39,927 nt of DNA from a virus (lineage: Duplodnaviria; Caudoviricetes), in IMG/VR virus record IMGVR_UViG_3300016263_000565, positions 1-39,927 of that record, one strand, 5' to 3'. The first letter of the stretch is position 1; each line of letters opens with the position of its first letter. The notes below the pieces were generated by a model. That model ran no database searches, had not been told where the DNA came from, and saw only the letters and a list, made by a program, of their open reading frames with translations. Positions 16,510 to 27,031 of this stretch are shown here, piece by piece. Made by a program: the position numbers and the translations under genes.

Positions 16510-19410
16510 ATGGCAATTATGGGGCAGTTCGGTAGGGCTATTACTGGCGGATCTTCGCTTGCCTCATCTATTGCGAATATTGCGCAGGAGTTTGCAACCC
16601 TAAGAATCAATCGTATCTACGAAGCGTTCATGAATGGTACGGAATTTGAAGGGGGCGTAGTTGATGCGCAAAGGGCGATTGCGCTACTCAGCGATATGCA
16701 AAGTGAGTATGGAGATAACGAAAAGATTTCCTCGGCAATTGAGTCCATGCTGTCCAATGTACGTCAATCAAATAGGACTAGAATCCTCAATCAACTTGAT
16801 GCTGACCTTATTGCCGCTGGACCACTCGGTGATTATTCAAATAAGGTAAGAGTCATTGAGGAAATGCTTCTTGACCCAACAATTACGCCAGACGAAAGGA
16901 CAAGCCTGCAGAACGAATTGTCTGGAGCAATTGATGACGTTCTGACAAACGCACTGAATCAATTCCAAAATGGCGGAAAGATCGTCGTCAACGGTACTAC
17001 TATTGACTTTGCGATTGACGGAAACAAAGATACGCTGATTGGTTTGTATGACGGATTTATTCAATCCCACCCAGAGATGGAGCAGCGCATTGGCGGGATG
17101 AGGGACATCGCACTTAGCCAGATTGCGGTAAAGGAAGCATCTGATTTCTGGCTGAACCAGAAGCGCACAACCGATCAGCAAAAACTTGATGGGTATAATG
17201 GTCAACTTGAGATCCTTAAGAATGCATACGATGCACTTCAGAACTCGCAATATGGTCTTGCTGGCAGCGCAGAGGCATCGTCAATTCTTGAAAGCATCAG
17301 AACGATTCAGGGGTATAAGCAAACCGTAAAGGATAATATCGCAAAGGCTGCGGCAACCGATAGGATCAACGCAGCCACCAAGACGGTATTTGGTGAGTTT
17401 GACTTGCTTGAGAAGGCAATGCGCAAGAACCCCATGATTGATTCTGAACTTGGGCAAACAAGTCTTGCTGCACTTCTTAGCGGTGGTCAAAACTCCATTA
17501 ACATGGCACTAGAGATCATTGACAAGTTTGCGTATATCAATGGCGGCTCTACTGTAAAGATCAACGGAAGAACAATTGATTTCTCAAGGCAGGGGATTTA
17601 TGACATGTCTGCAGATGCCCACTCTGCGGCAAAGACCCTAAGCAATTGGGCTTCTGGAAACGACTTTGTTCCAGCAGAATGGCAAGACGCGCTGAAGGGA
17701 TGGGCGCAGTCAACTGGAACTATGGTAAAGAATAACCCAGAAGTTAAACTTGAAGATAGTTACGACATTGCCTACAGGGAAATGCAAGATAAATTGTCCG
17801 ACGCATCTATCAGTGCGTCTGATCGCCAGAGAATTATGAAAGAGTTTGGGAATACCCTCATTGCTCTCTCAGAGAGATTTAAGGGTAAGGTTGATGCAGG
17901 GGTTCTTCAGGGTCTTTCAACTGAGGCAGACATGTACCGATTCGGTAAGGAGCCAGGACCAAACGACTTTACGTTTGGCGAATATTCTGGAAACTATCCA
18001 TACCTTGATCAGAATGGCAGCAGGGTACTTCTTACTACTGAAAATACTGGGCTTGGATCCCTTATCAACCCGACGGCAATGGGCGGCTCTGGATCTCTTG
18101 TTCAATCAATTCAGCAGAATGCGCGAGAAGTGGCACTTTGGAATAGCGGTCAGGGTCAGTACTATACTGACGGCTGGGCTGGAGTTCGGACGCAAGTTGT
18201 TCTTGGCGAGGATACATCTGCTTGGCAAAACGGCGCTGGCATGACGCTTAAGTCAAATACAAGCATTGATGTTGGAGGAAAGGAAATTCCTTCTTCGCGA
18301 AACGATACGTACGTTCGCGTTCGCCTCATGAAGGCTGGATGGGAAGACAACACGAGCAGTAAGGGCATTGAGCAATACACTGCTGGGTGGATTACGCCAG
18401 TCTATAGTATGGAGGGCGAACTTACATGGGTGCTTACAAAGAAAAATGGAACGAACGAACAGTTTATTAGCAGAGATGTTACGGATCAGATTATCGCCCT
18501 CATGGGCGGAAATCCGAGCGATCTCCTGCGTCCAGTAGGATCTGCTGGAAACTACGTTATTCCACTAAGCCCAGAAATCTATACCGTGTTTGAAGGTGGA
18601 GGAGTTGGAGATTATATTCCAAGATCTATCATTGGAACTGGCGGAGATCAACTTGATACAGCGCTAAGGGTTGCTGGATACACATTTGTTGATGACACAA
18701 ATGCAATCCAGCGAAAAGAGATTGAAGATCTTATTGTAAGCGGAGATGTTTCTGTTGGATCAGATGGACGAATCATTGCTATTGACAAGTCTGCAACCAA
18801 TGACCCGACAATGGGATATGGGGAACGGGGCAGCACAGATGTTGACATTACAAATCTAATTCCACGCAATGTTGCTGCTGAAATCGTTGCCGCAAGCAGT
18901 GGCAATCTTGATACGTCTGGAGGCGGAATGCCAGATTTCCCAGGAGAAGGCGGAACAAACGGTACTACCACGCGACCCCCAGGATACACGACTGGATATG
19001 GAACACCCGCCCCAACCAGCAGTGGATACGGGTTTGCGTATAATAAGCCGCCAGCGCCAAAGCCAGAAACGTTTACTCCATCTCAGGTCAACAAGGCACT
19101 TATTGACTTTAGGGCTTCTGAGCGCAAACCTCTTTCAAGTTCTGTTCCGAGGGTGAGCGGTCCGACTTATACTGGAATTCCGTCAAGCGGATCAGCATAT
19201 TTGGATACATTCTTAAGGAATGTCCCGCTTGCTGGTACTCCAGTTCCAGTCGCTCCTCCGCCAGCAGTGCGAACCCCACCGCCAGCGACGACACCTCCGC
19301 CAGCAAATAGAGCGCCTATTGCCCCACCGCCGTATCAGCCATTGCCGCCAGTTCCAACACCTCCGCCTGGCGGCGGTGCGCCTCCTCGCCTAGCACCGAT
19401 TCCTATTTAA
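16510..19410 (+). CDS. large putative internal virion/ejection protein with a Pro-rich C-terminus
   Basis: 966 aa, mostly helical-looking, between portal and scaffold; no enzyme motif recognised. Confidence 0.55.
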   Translation: MAIMGQFGRAITGGSSLASSIANIAQEFATLRINRIYEAFMNGTEFEGGVVDAQRAIALLSDMQSEYGDNEKISSAIESMLSNVRQSNRTRILNQLDADLIAAGPLGDYSNKVRVIEEMLLDPTITPDERTSLQNELSGAIDDVLTNALNQFQNGGKIVVNGTTIDFAIDGNKDTLIGLYDGFIQSHPEMEQRIGGMRDIALSQIAVKEASDFWLNQKRTTDQQKLDGYNGQLEILKNAYDALQNSQYGLAGSAEASSILESIRTIQGYKQTVKDNIAKAAATDRINAATKTVFGEFDLLEKAMRKNPMIDSELGQTSLAALLSGGQNSINMALEIIDKFAYINGGSTVKINGRTIDFSRQGIYDMSADAHSAAKTLSNWASGNDFVPAEWQDALKGWAQSTGTMVKNNPEVKLEDSYDIAYREMQDKLSDASISASDRQRIMKEFGNTLIALSERFKGKVDAGVLQGLSTEADMYRFGKEPGPNDFTFGEYSGNYPYLDQNGSRVLLTTENTGLGSLINPTAMGGSGSLVQSIQQNAREVALWNSGQGQYYTDGWAGVRTQVVLGEDTSAWQNGAGMTLKSNTSIDVGGKEIPSSRNDTYVRVRLMKAGWEDNTSSKGIEQYTAGWITPVYSMEGELTWVLTKKNGTNEQFISRDVTDQIIALMGGNPSDLLRPVGSAGNYVIPLSPEIYTVFEGGGVGDYIPRSIIGTGGDQLDTALRVAGYTFVDDTNAIQRKEIEDLIVSGDVSVGSDGRIIAIDKSATNDPTMGYGERGSTDVDITNLIPRNVAAEIVAASSGNLDTSGGGMPDFPGEGGTNGTTTRPPGYTTGYGTPAPTSSGYGFAYNKPPAPKPETFTPSQVNKALIDFRASERKPLSSSVPRVSGPTYTGIPSSGSAYLDTFLRNVPLAGTPVPVAPPPAVRTPPPATTPPPANRAPIAPPPYQPLPPVPTPPPGGGAPPRLAPIPI

Positions 19411-22400
19411 TGGCAAATCTAGTACAGAGACAAGATCCGTTTAATCCGAACCCTATTCAGGGAACTTCGTCCGAAGGGACAGTCCAAAGAGTCGGGCTAG
19501 ACAAACCTGGCGTTGTCGGAATTGATCTTCTTGGCGGCGGAACTGGAATTGTCGGCGGAGCAACCAAGAATGCAGTCGGTCTTCTCGGTGAAGTAATCAA
19601 TACCCCGCTTGAAATCGTCACTGGCGAGATTGCAGAGAGCCGCCTAGAAAGATCTCTTGTTACTGGTGATTCGGCGGTTGATCCGAAATATATCCGAATG
19701 GTTACCGAGCAGGGGCTGAGTGTCAGCGATGTCGCAGACCAGATGGCAAACGACGGCGTTGCAGTTACTGGTGGCGTTGCGCACGATTTGCTTATTGGCG
19801 TATTCCTTGATCCATTTAACTTGATCTCTGCTGGTATTGGTAAGGGGTACGATACGGCAAAGAGAAGCGCATCAATTCAAGAGCGACTGACCGATAGCGG
19901 GGCAAAGACCATTTCAGATTCCGCTGCAAGAAGCGGTGCAACAAAATCTGAGGTTGAGTGGCTTAACGGAGGAGTCGGAAGGAAGTTTCTTGGAGAAGCG
20001 TATACGTCATCTTCCCGACGGCTTGGCGGAATCAAGAAGGGTATGGCGCAGGCTATGTTTGGGCGTGGCGCTGGAATTGCGGCGGTAGCCATTGGTATCA
20101 ATACGCTTTCTAAGATTATTGGAATTGCGGAAACCTTTGGAAAGAGCGATGCCGTACTTCGCGCTGCTGGTATCGGTGCGAATAACCTCACGCTGTCGGC
20201 AGCATCTGATCTCGTGGTGCGCAGGGCGTTTGCTGAATCTCGTGCCACAGCGATGGCTAAGGCTAAGATCTTTGCCAAATCGTCTGGCGTAAATGATGAA
20301 AACACGTTCCAAGAGTTTGTGCGAGCAACTGGGTTTAGTCCAGATACCGCAGACTTTACTCTTCCAGAAATTAGGAAAGAGTGGGAGGATTTGCACGCAG
20401 AGATTGGCGTAAAGGATCCAGCGGCAAAAGAGCAGCAGGCTTCCGCCGCAATTCTTAGGAGAGATACCGCTGGGATGATCAACGAGGAGATTGGTCAGCG
20501 TGGCACACTAGGAGTTCTAAACGCACAGCGCGCAATGGACGAAACTGGAATTCGCAGGCAGGTTCTTGCTCAGAAAGATGTCTACGTTTCGGAGAACCTG
20601 TTTACCCTTGCTGCTGGAGCAACAGATGCAGAGCGAGTTGCGCTTGCGGCAGATGAGTTTATTCAGAATCTTTCTCCATTTATTGGCGAGTCAGCGGCAA
20701 AGGCTGCATGGAATGCAATTGAGTCTGAGGCTCGTAACAGTGTAAGCAGCCAAGAACTGCTGAGGAAACTTGCTGAAGGAATGTACTCATCTCAGGTTCT
20801 GCGTCTTGGCTTTGTTGCAGATTCATTCGCCGCGGCAAAGAGAGGATTGCTTGAGCGCATCACTGGAGTTAGTAGAGCAAGGGTTCTTGCGGCACTGCCA
20901 GAAAATACTCGCACCCTGCTTATCAATCAGGCTGACAGGTTCTCAATTGCCGCAAAGGACACAATGACAGATGTTGATTATAACGATCTGCTAAAGATTC
21001 TTCAGGACGAAAAGTTGCCTGCTGCTGAGCGCGCTCAGGCTGCAATGAAGGCTGTATACCAATTCTCAAATCTTAGGAAAATGTACGACGCAAGGTCATT
21101 CCAGAAACTTGTATCATCAAACCCAGAAGGCGCGGTAAAGGCACTTCTAAATACCCTTTCCGAGTATAGCGCCGACTCATTCGTCAAGCAAGTTCCGCTT
21201 GCTCCATTTAAGAGCGCAGAGCGAGTTATCCCAGAAGTGAAAGAACTTACGAGGATTGTTGAGCGAGGTCAGTATAAGATCGTCTTTGAGCCTCTTACCG
21301 CCGCAACCAAGCCAAATAGGATCTACGCCGATCTTGTAACAAAAGATACTGCGAGGTTTGGTGTTGACCTATGGGCGCCAATCTCGGACAACGTAATGGA
21401 CGTGAGCCTAGGAAATAGGAACATGGTTGGGAATGTCATTGACTTCCTAACTGGAGAAAGGCTTACATCGCAGGTTGTTGCCAATACGCTATCCAGAATG
21501 CAAGAGTTTGCAGTTTCTAAAAACATCCCGCTATCTCGTAAGCAGATTATTGCAATCCATAGGGCGCTTACGGATTACTCATTTAAAACTAAGGGGTCTA
21601 TTCGTACCGCAATGGATGACGAACTTAGCGGTGGATCTGTTGGAATACTAAGCAAGGTGATTAACGAAACTGCCCAGACAAGCCCTGAGGCGGCAATGCA
21701 ACTTGATCAGATGATGAAAGATGGAACCCTTCGGAAACTCGTGTTCTGGGCTGCAGAAGGCGACTTGGGGAAGGTCGGCATTCAGGCGAAGTTTACTGGA
21801 CGGCTAAAGGCTCTGTCTACCATTGGGCGAGTTGCAACGTATATCGCCGACGACCTATATCCTAAAGCCAAATTTAGGTATAGCCCACTATTTGGAATGC
21901 AGGAAGTCGTTGAGTCTAAGTGGTGGAACCTCATGCGAGGATACTCTGATGAGTGGAAGGTTACCCTCCCAGGCGGCGAGGTTCGCTTTGGGAATAAGAG
22001 ATTCTACGACATTACTGGACCAGATGGCAAGGTATACAAACTGGATGCGTTGGAAGTAATTTCCGAGGCTATGATCAGCGATAGGGTTGAACTTAAGTAC
22101 GCGCAGGAAATGGCTGCAGTAAACCGATACTTCTCTGGGAGTGTAACGGATGCAATCATTGCATTTGGCGGTGACAACGAAGGCTTTATCAAGGCTCTTA
22201 AGAATGGATTTAAGGGAGACCCTGGATCCTCAAAGAATCTTGATTATCTAAAGTTTGTATCTGCAGAAGGTCTAGACGATCTTGCGGAAGAACTGTCTAC
22301 TCGTATGTCACAGGTTGCGCCAAGGCAGTATGAGACGTGGCTCATGATGGCTGGCGGAAACAAGAAGGGCGCAGCCCTGCTGTTCTTGAAGGAGCGACAA

Positions 22401-23741
22401 CAGTTGATCCGAAGCAGGAGTACGGCACGTGCATACTGGGAATCTCAGAAGCACTACGGCATTGGGTTTGGACGGCAGTACGATGACACCCCAGTCAAGA
22501 ATCTTGATAGGCTCCGAAAGGATAGCGCAAGTGCAATTGCTGACCCGCTTGCGGATAAGAGGACATCTCGCCTAAAGAAGGTTGGAAGCGCGCTATCGCT
22601 TATCCACGCAGATGCCGCGGCAATTGGGTATTCAAAGGAAACCCTTGGGGCAATTCAAGAAGCGCAGCGCGCTCTTGATGACGCAACCGACGTTGCTCTA
22701 ACGGCAAGCAATAGGATTTCCAAGCGTGGACAGGCTGCAATTGACGAAGCAATTAGTAAGATGGACGAGGCAAGATTTGCTATGCGCAAGGAGTTTGAAG
22801 CCGCCGTTGCAAGGAAAAAGATGGTCAAGGATGTATTGATCTCTAGTGGAATTTCCAAGCCCCTTGCAACGGAGATGGCGGCATTGTTTGTAGTAGCAGA
22901 GCGACGAAGCGAGATGTTGCCGCAGGTATCAACCGCAATCAGCAGGGCAATGAGCGGAGGATCAATGTCTCCAGCGGCAGTTGATACGATGAAGGATCAC
23001 CTGATGAAAATCAGGATGGCAAGAACCGAAGAAGAAACGCTCTACAACGCGGTTGGGTACGGTCTTGAAAACGCAATGTCAAACGCCGACCGAACACACT
23101 ACTTTACGACAAACAGGGGCTTTCTTGAGAAGAGTATCAACCACCCAGTATTTGGACTATACCCAACGTCATATATGTTTGGCAAGGTACTCCCAGAATA
23201 CGCTCGCATGCTGTTCATGAGTCCAACTAAGAGCGTTGCTGGCGCTGTACTTGCACCGTACATGGCAATCGTTAAGGGGGTATCATTTGGCAAGTTCTCC
23301 CCAGAAGACTGGGGCAGGTACGCTCCTCTTGTTGGATTTAGCGCAATGCTTAAAATTCGGCAGGCATACGTTGAGGGTGAGAATATGAGCGACAATGGCG
23401 AGCGTAATCCACTTATTTATTTCCTCGTCAATACAATGATCCCTGGGTTGCCAACAGAAATCTCGGCATCGCCAAGTGCGCCAGTGCGACGAATCATCCA
23501 GCAGGCTTCAGAAGGGAAGGGACCAACGTGGGGAGATATTGGGTATAGTACCTCGCAACTTGCTGCTAGCACTCTCGGCGTTGGTCGCCTCGCTGGTCAA
23601 ACAAGTGATATACTTGAACAACTTACTAGCCCATCAAAAGATGCAGATCTTGGCGGTGGTACTGGGGGTCTCCTTGGTACCGCTGGCGAGATGATTGGAA
23701 GTATGGCGGAGTCCATTGGGGACATCCTCCTAAATAAGTAA
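19410..23741 (+). CDS. very large putative internal virion/ejection protein
   Basis: 1443 aa, Ala-rich and helical; FLDPFNLIS and hydrophobic patches resemble podovirus ejection proteins; no RNAP motif seen. Confidence 0.6.
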   Translation: MANLVQRQDPFNPNPIQGTSSEGTVQRVGLDKPGVVGIDLLGGGTGIVGGATKNAVGLLGEVINTPLEIVTGEIAESRLERSLVTGDSAVDPKYIRMVTEQGLSVSDVADQMANDGVAVTGGVAHDLLIGVFLDPFNLISAGIGKGYDTAKRSASIQERLTDSGAKTISDSAARSGATKSEVEWLNGGVGRKFLGEAYTSSSRRLGGIKKGMAQAMFGRGAGIAAVAIGINTLSKIIGIAETFGKSDAVLRAAGIGANNLTLSAASDLVVRRAFAESRATAMAKAKIFAKSSGVNDENTFQEFVRATGFSPDTADFTLPEIRKEWEDLHAEIGVKDPAAKEQQASAAILRRDTAGMINEEIGQRGTLGVLNAQRAMDETGIRRQVLAQKDVYVSENLFTLAAGATDAERVALAADEFIQNLSPFIGESAAKAAWNAIESEARNSVSSQELLRKLAEGMYSSQVLRLGFVADSFAAAKRGLLERITGVSRARVLAALPENTRTLLINQADRFSIAAKDTMTDVDYNDLLKILQDEKLPAAERAQAAMKAVYQFSNLRKMYDARSFQKLVSSNPEGAVKALLNTLSEYSADSFVKQVPLAPFKSAERVIPEVKELTRIVERGQYKIVFEPLTAATKPNRIYADLVTKDTARFGVDLWAPISDNVMDVSLGNRNMVGNVIDFLTGERLTSQVVANTLSRMQEFAVSKNIPLSRKQIIAIHRALTDYSFKTKGSIRTAMDDELSGGSVGILSKVINETAQTSPEAAMQLDQMMKDGTLRKLVFWAAEGDLGKVGIQAKFTGRLKALSTIGRVATYIADDLYPKAKFRYSPLFGMQEVVESKWWNLMRGYSDEWKVTLPGGEVRFGNKRFYDITGPDGKVYKLDALEVISEAMISDRVELKYAQEMAAVNRYFSGSVTDAIIAFGGDNEGFIKALKNGFKGDPGSSKNLDYLKFVSAEGLDDLAEELSTRMSQVAPRQYETWLMMAGGNKKGAALLFLKERQQLIRSRSTARAYWESQKHYGIGFGRQYDDTPVKNLDRLRKDSASAIADPLADKRTSRLKKVGSALSLIHADAAAIGYSKETLGAIQEAQRALDDATDVALTASNRISKRGQAAIDEAISKMDEARFAMRKEFEAAVARKKMVKDVLISSGISKPLATEMAALFVVAERRSEMLPQVSTAISRAMSGGSMSPAAVDTMKDHLMKIRMARTEEETLYNAVGYGLENAMSNADRTHYFTTNRGFLEKSINHPVFGLYPTSYMFGKVLPEYARMLFMSPTKSVAGAVLAPYMAIVKGVSFGKFSPEDWGRYAPLVGFSAMLKIRQAYVEGENMSDNGERNPLIYFLVNTMIPGLPTEISASPSAPVRRIIQQASEGKGPTWGDIGYSTSQLAASTLGVGRLAGQTSDILEQLTSPSKDADLGGGTGGLLGTAGEMIGSMAESIGDILLNK

Positions 23742-23754
23742 AAGGGAGATACCG

Positions 23755-24336
23755 ATGAGCGAAGAAGTCGTAACGACTTCCGAAGAGTCGCAGGCAACGA
23801 CGGCACCAGTTACTGATGCTGCACCAGCGCCTGTCACTAATGAGGAAGAGGATGTTGCCACTTGGAAGAAGCGCCTAGCGGGTAAGGATCAGGCACTCAC
23901 TGCGGCGAAAAAGGAACTTGACGCTATCAAGGCGGAGTCCGAGAATCTTAAGCGGTGGAAGGCAGAGCAAGAAAACTCAAACATGTCCGAGTTTGAGAAG
24001 GCACAGGCTAGGCTGGCGGCGCTTGAATCCGAGTTAAATCAGGCAAAGGAAGAGGCACGAATGGAGCGAATCCGTTCTGCTCATCCTAACTACGCGCAGT
24101 TCTTGGCTGATACTGCGGGGCTTTCCGAGGATGCGCGAGCCGCAGCCTTTGAGGGATACCTGTCCAGCATCAAGAAGGCTCAGGATGCTGAGCGTGGAAC
24201 GCCTGCTTCGGATGAGAAGCAAGTCAAGCCTAGCGTGAATACTCGTAAAGATCCAGCACCAAGTAGCGGTCCGCGAACGGTAAAGGAGATTGAAGAGGAA
24301 CTTCGCAAACTGGGCAACCCGTTCTACGGGATGTAA
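23755..24336 (+). CDS. capsid scaffolding protein
   Basis: Acidic N-terminus, coiled coil with MSEFEK motif, immediately upstream of the capsid gene. Confidence 0.8.
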   Translation: MSEEVVTTSEESQATTAPVTDAAPAPVTNEEEDVATWKKRLAGKDQALTAAKKELDAIKAESENLKRWKAEQENSNMSEFEKAQARLAALESELNQAKEEARMERIRSAHPNYAQFLADTAGLSEDARAAAFEGYLSSIKKAQDAERGTPASDEKQVKPSVNTRKDPAPSSGPRTVKEIEEELRKLGNPFYGM

Positions 24337-24358
24337 TAGTTAAGTAAAGGAGCCTATT

Positions 24359-25303
24359 ATGGCTTATGTAAATACTGGTACGACGAACTTCCAGACGCTC
24401 GTCCAGGATCTTGTTCTTGCCAAGGCGGAAACGGAACTCCGCGCTCGGTTGGTTCATGCCAACCCAGACGCGTATGTTCCTGGTCGCTTTGTCAAGGGGA
24501 CGAACCAGATTCGGTTCGCTCGCTACGCTGATCTTGGCGCGAACGTTACGGAACTCGCAGAAGGTACTCCGCCGACTTCGCAGACGCTGAGTATCTCGTC
24601 CGACGCGTTCTCTGCAAAGCAGTACGGTCAGACGCTCTCTATCACCGATCTCGCACAGTTGGATTCGCCGCACGACCTGATCTCAATCGCATCTGACCGC
24701 CTTGCGCGTCAGGCGGCTGAGACCATGGACGTGGTGGTCCGCGACGTTCTTGCCGCTGGTACGAACGTTAAGTACGCTGGTGCTGCCACGAGCCGCGCAA
24801 CGGTTGCCAAGACGCACGTGATCACGGGCGAACTTGTCAAGAAGCAGGTTGCCGCGCTCAAGGCTGCGAACGTTCCGACCTTTGCGGACGGCACGTATCG
24901 CTGCATCATCCACCCGTTCCAGGAGTACGATCTGATTTCAGATACGTCTGCTAACGGCTGGCTTGAGGCAAACAAGTACGTTGACAACACGCCGCTCATC
25001 ACTGGTGAGATCGGCAAGTTTGCTGGCGTGCGCTTCCTCGTCTCGTCAAACGCCAAGGTGTTTGCGGGCGCGGGCGTTTCCTCAACGAACGTGTACTCTG
25101 CTCACTTCTTCGGTCCCGACTCGTACACGGTTGGCGACTCGCAGACGCTGCAGGCGTACTTCACTGCCCCTGGTGGGGATCACAGTGATCCACTCGCACA
25201 GATGGCGATTGCAGGCTTCAAGATGCGCTTCGGTGCTAAGTTGCTTGACCTCGCTGGTGCGAAGTACCTCCGTCTTGAGACGGGCGCAACTCTCAGCGCA
25301 TAA
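24359..25303 (+). CDS. major capsid protein, N4-gp56-like family (HK97 fold)
   Basis: LAEG.PP...QYG, GEIG...GVRF and DPL.Q....G.K motifs; AAGGAG SD; followed by a hairpin. Confidence 0.9.
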   Translation: MAYVNTGTTNFQTLVQDLVLAKAETELRARLVHANPDAYVPGRFVKGTNQIRFARYADLGANVTELAEGTPPTSQTLSISSDAFSAKQYGQTLSITDLAQLDSPHDLISIASDRLARQAAETMDVVVRDVLAAGTNVKYAGAATSRATVAKTHVITGELVKKQVAALKAANVPTFADGTYRCIIHPFQEYDLISDTSANGWLEANKYVDNTPLITGEIGKFAGVRFLVSSNAKVFAGAGVSSTNVYSAHFFGPDSYTVGDSQTLQAYFTAPGGDHSDPLAQMAIAGFKMRFGAKLLDLAGAKYLRLETGATLSA

Positions 25304-25316
25304 TTGAGTAGCGGAT

Positions 25317-25340
25317 GGGGCAGACTGGCGGGTCTGCCCC
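25317..25340 (+). terminator. stem-loop after the capsid gene (terminator or mRNA stabiliser; no U-tract)
   Basis: GGGGCAGAC-tggcgg-GTCTGCCCC. Confidence 0.65.
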
Positions 25341-25358
25341 TGAAGCGTAAGGAGAAAG

Positions 25359-26045
25359 ATGGCAAACAGAGCAGACCTAAGAACGCAAATCTCAAGGGAA
25401 CTTCGGGATCCAGATAATAAGTCGTGGTCGGCACAGGAGATCAACGACCTGATCAATGCTGGAATCAATGCTGTTTCCGATCTTTCGCCTCTTGAGCGAC
25501 GTGAAGATATTACGTATACGTTTCCATATACAACCACCGAAGGCGCATGGGGCAAGATCAAAGAGGTGACCCCAACCACGCACTTCTTCAATGTATTCAG
25601 AGTGGAAATATTGGATAAGGACTCCAAGTTGTTTGAGACGATTGACGCGAACAACGGGCAGGGATCGTCAACTGGATGGGAGATGTGGAATGGAAAGATC
25701 CTTCTGCCAGAAAACTACTTCTATCCAACAGAGAAGGTTACCATTTCTGGATCTGAATATGAGCGAGTAAAGATCCGAGTCTTCGGATACGCTCGTCATG
25801 ACCTTCTGACAAACGACGTTACTGAATCTACTTGTGACGACCAGGAGTTGGTTGGTGTGCGAGCCTATGCCGTTGCTGAGGCAATGACTCGGCTGATGGT
25901 AGACAGGGCAAACTTCCAGCAGTGGCAGGTTGTTTCTGGCGCTACGAACATCACCATTACAGAACTTTCTGTTCTCTCTAATACTGCCAGACTCCGATGG
26001 AGGGAAGAGCAGCGACGACTTCGCAAGATGCGTAGGCTTGGATGA
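25359..26045 (+). CDS. head-tail adaptor protein
   Basis: LR..I..ELRD....WS..EIND.IN N-terminus typical of podovirus-type adaptors; follows the capsid gene. Confidence 0.7.
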   Translation: MANRADLRTQISRELRDPDNKSWSAQEINDLINAGINAVSDLSPLERREDITYTFPYTTTEGAWGKIKEVTPTTHFFNVFRVEILDKDSKLFETIDANNGQGSSTGWEMWNGKILLPENYFYPTEKVTISGSEYERVKIRVFGYARHDLLTNDVTESTCDDQELVGVRAYAVAEAMTRLMVDRANFQQWQVVSGATNITITELSVLSNTARLRWREEQRRLRKMRRLG

Positions 26046-27031
26046 TTGACCTAACCCAGCCAATCTACTACGACATCGGTTCTGGCGGAAGCCTGAATAT
26101 CAACACGATTACCTCACGTCAGGATATTGCTGGGGGAAGCAATCCCTTCTCTGGCTATATGGTTGACGGAATTAGGGTCGGAGAGATTGAGCCAGTTGGA
26201 TATACCGACGCTCGCTCAACGTCCGATGGATTGGATGTTGCAGAGGCATATGCTGCGCGCAGAACAATTCAACTTGTTCTTTCGGTCTATGGGGAGACGC
26301 GAGCAGATCTCTTTGACAAGATGCAGAAGATTACCGACATGATGCGATTTATGCCAAAGCGGTTTGCGTCAACAAACGGCTTCAGGCAATTGCGATTTAC
26401 CCTGCGCCTTGCTACTGGCGCGAAGGAATGCTACTTCTACGCTCGCCCGAAGAAGATGCCAAAGATGGACTCAACGAGTGGTCTTTCCTCTGGAACAAGT
26501 GATCTTGGATATTCGGCAAAAATCAACCTTGAATTTCTCCTAAAGTATCCATACAAGTATGCCCAGTCTCTGTCAACAAATGCAAATGTTCCATACAACG
26601 GAACTGTTGTATCTATCGTAAACAATGGGGCTGCCCCAGCAGATGCCACAATGAAGATCTCTTCAAGTTCAGAGTCCGCATCCCGCACAGACGATATAAA
26701 GATAGTCGTAACGCTAAATGAAACACCGATTACGCTGAAGCAAACAAAGACCATCGGGCTAGACGGGTCTGTAATTAGATCTATCTTAATAGACTTTAAA
26801 GACCAGATTGTATACGAGATTGAGAAAAATGTTTCAAGTGGAGTTGAGACATCTTCCATTGCACAGAATCTAATTCAAATTGATTCTGGTGCAACGTTTG
26901 GCACTGTTGAGCCAGAGTCGGATTATCCTGGGGGCAATCCACTCATTGTTGAAATCCGAAATGCAACAACGGATGCGCTAATCTCAACTGGGTACACCGT
27001 AGTATTTAACTGGCGAGAGATGTGGTACTAG
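26042..27031 (+). CDS. distal-tail (Dit)-like protein
   Basis: DG...Y..RRTIQL.L, LEF...YPYKY and IVNNG..PA motifs resemble siphophage Dit proteins. Confidence 0.55.
   Translation: MIDLTQPIYYDIGSGGSLNINTITSRQDIAGGSNPFSGYMVDGIRVGEIEPVGYTDARSTSDGLDVAEAYAARRTIQLVLSVYGETRADLFDKMQKITDMMRFMPKRFASTNGFRQLRFTLRLATGAKECYFYARPKKMPKMDSTSGLSSGTSDLGYSAKINLEFLLKYPYKYAQSLSTNANVPYNGTVVSIVNNGAAPADATMKISSSSESASRTDDIKIVVTLNETPITLKQTKTIGLDGSVIRSILIDFKDQIVYEIEKNVSSGVETSSIAQNLIQIDSGATFGTVEPESDYPGGNPLIVEIRNATTDALISTGYTVVFNWREMWY

Noticed and set aside
19410-23741. Virion RNA polymerase (N4- or crAss-like), suggested by the N4-type capsid and early hairpins
   Set aside because: No DxDxD or T7-type polymerase motifs recognised; a structural search is needed to exclude it fully
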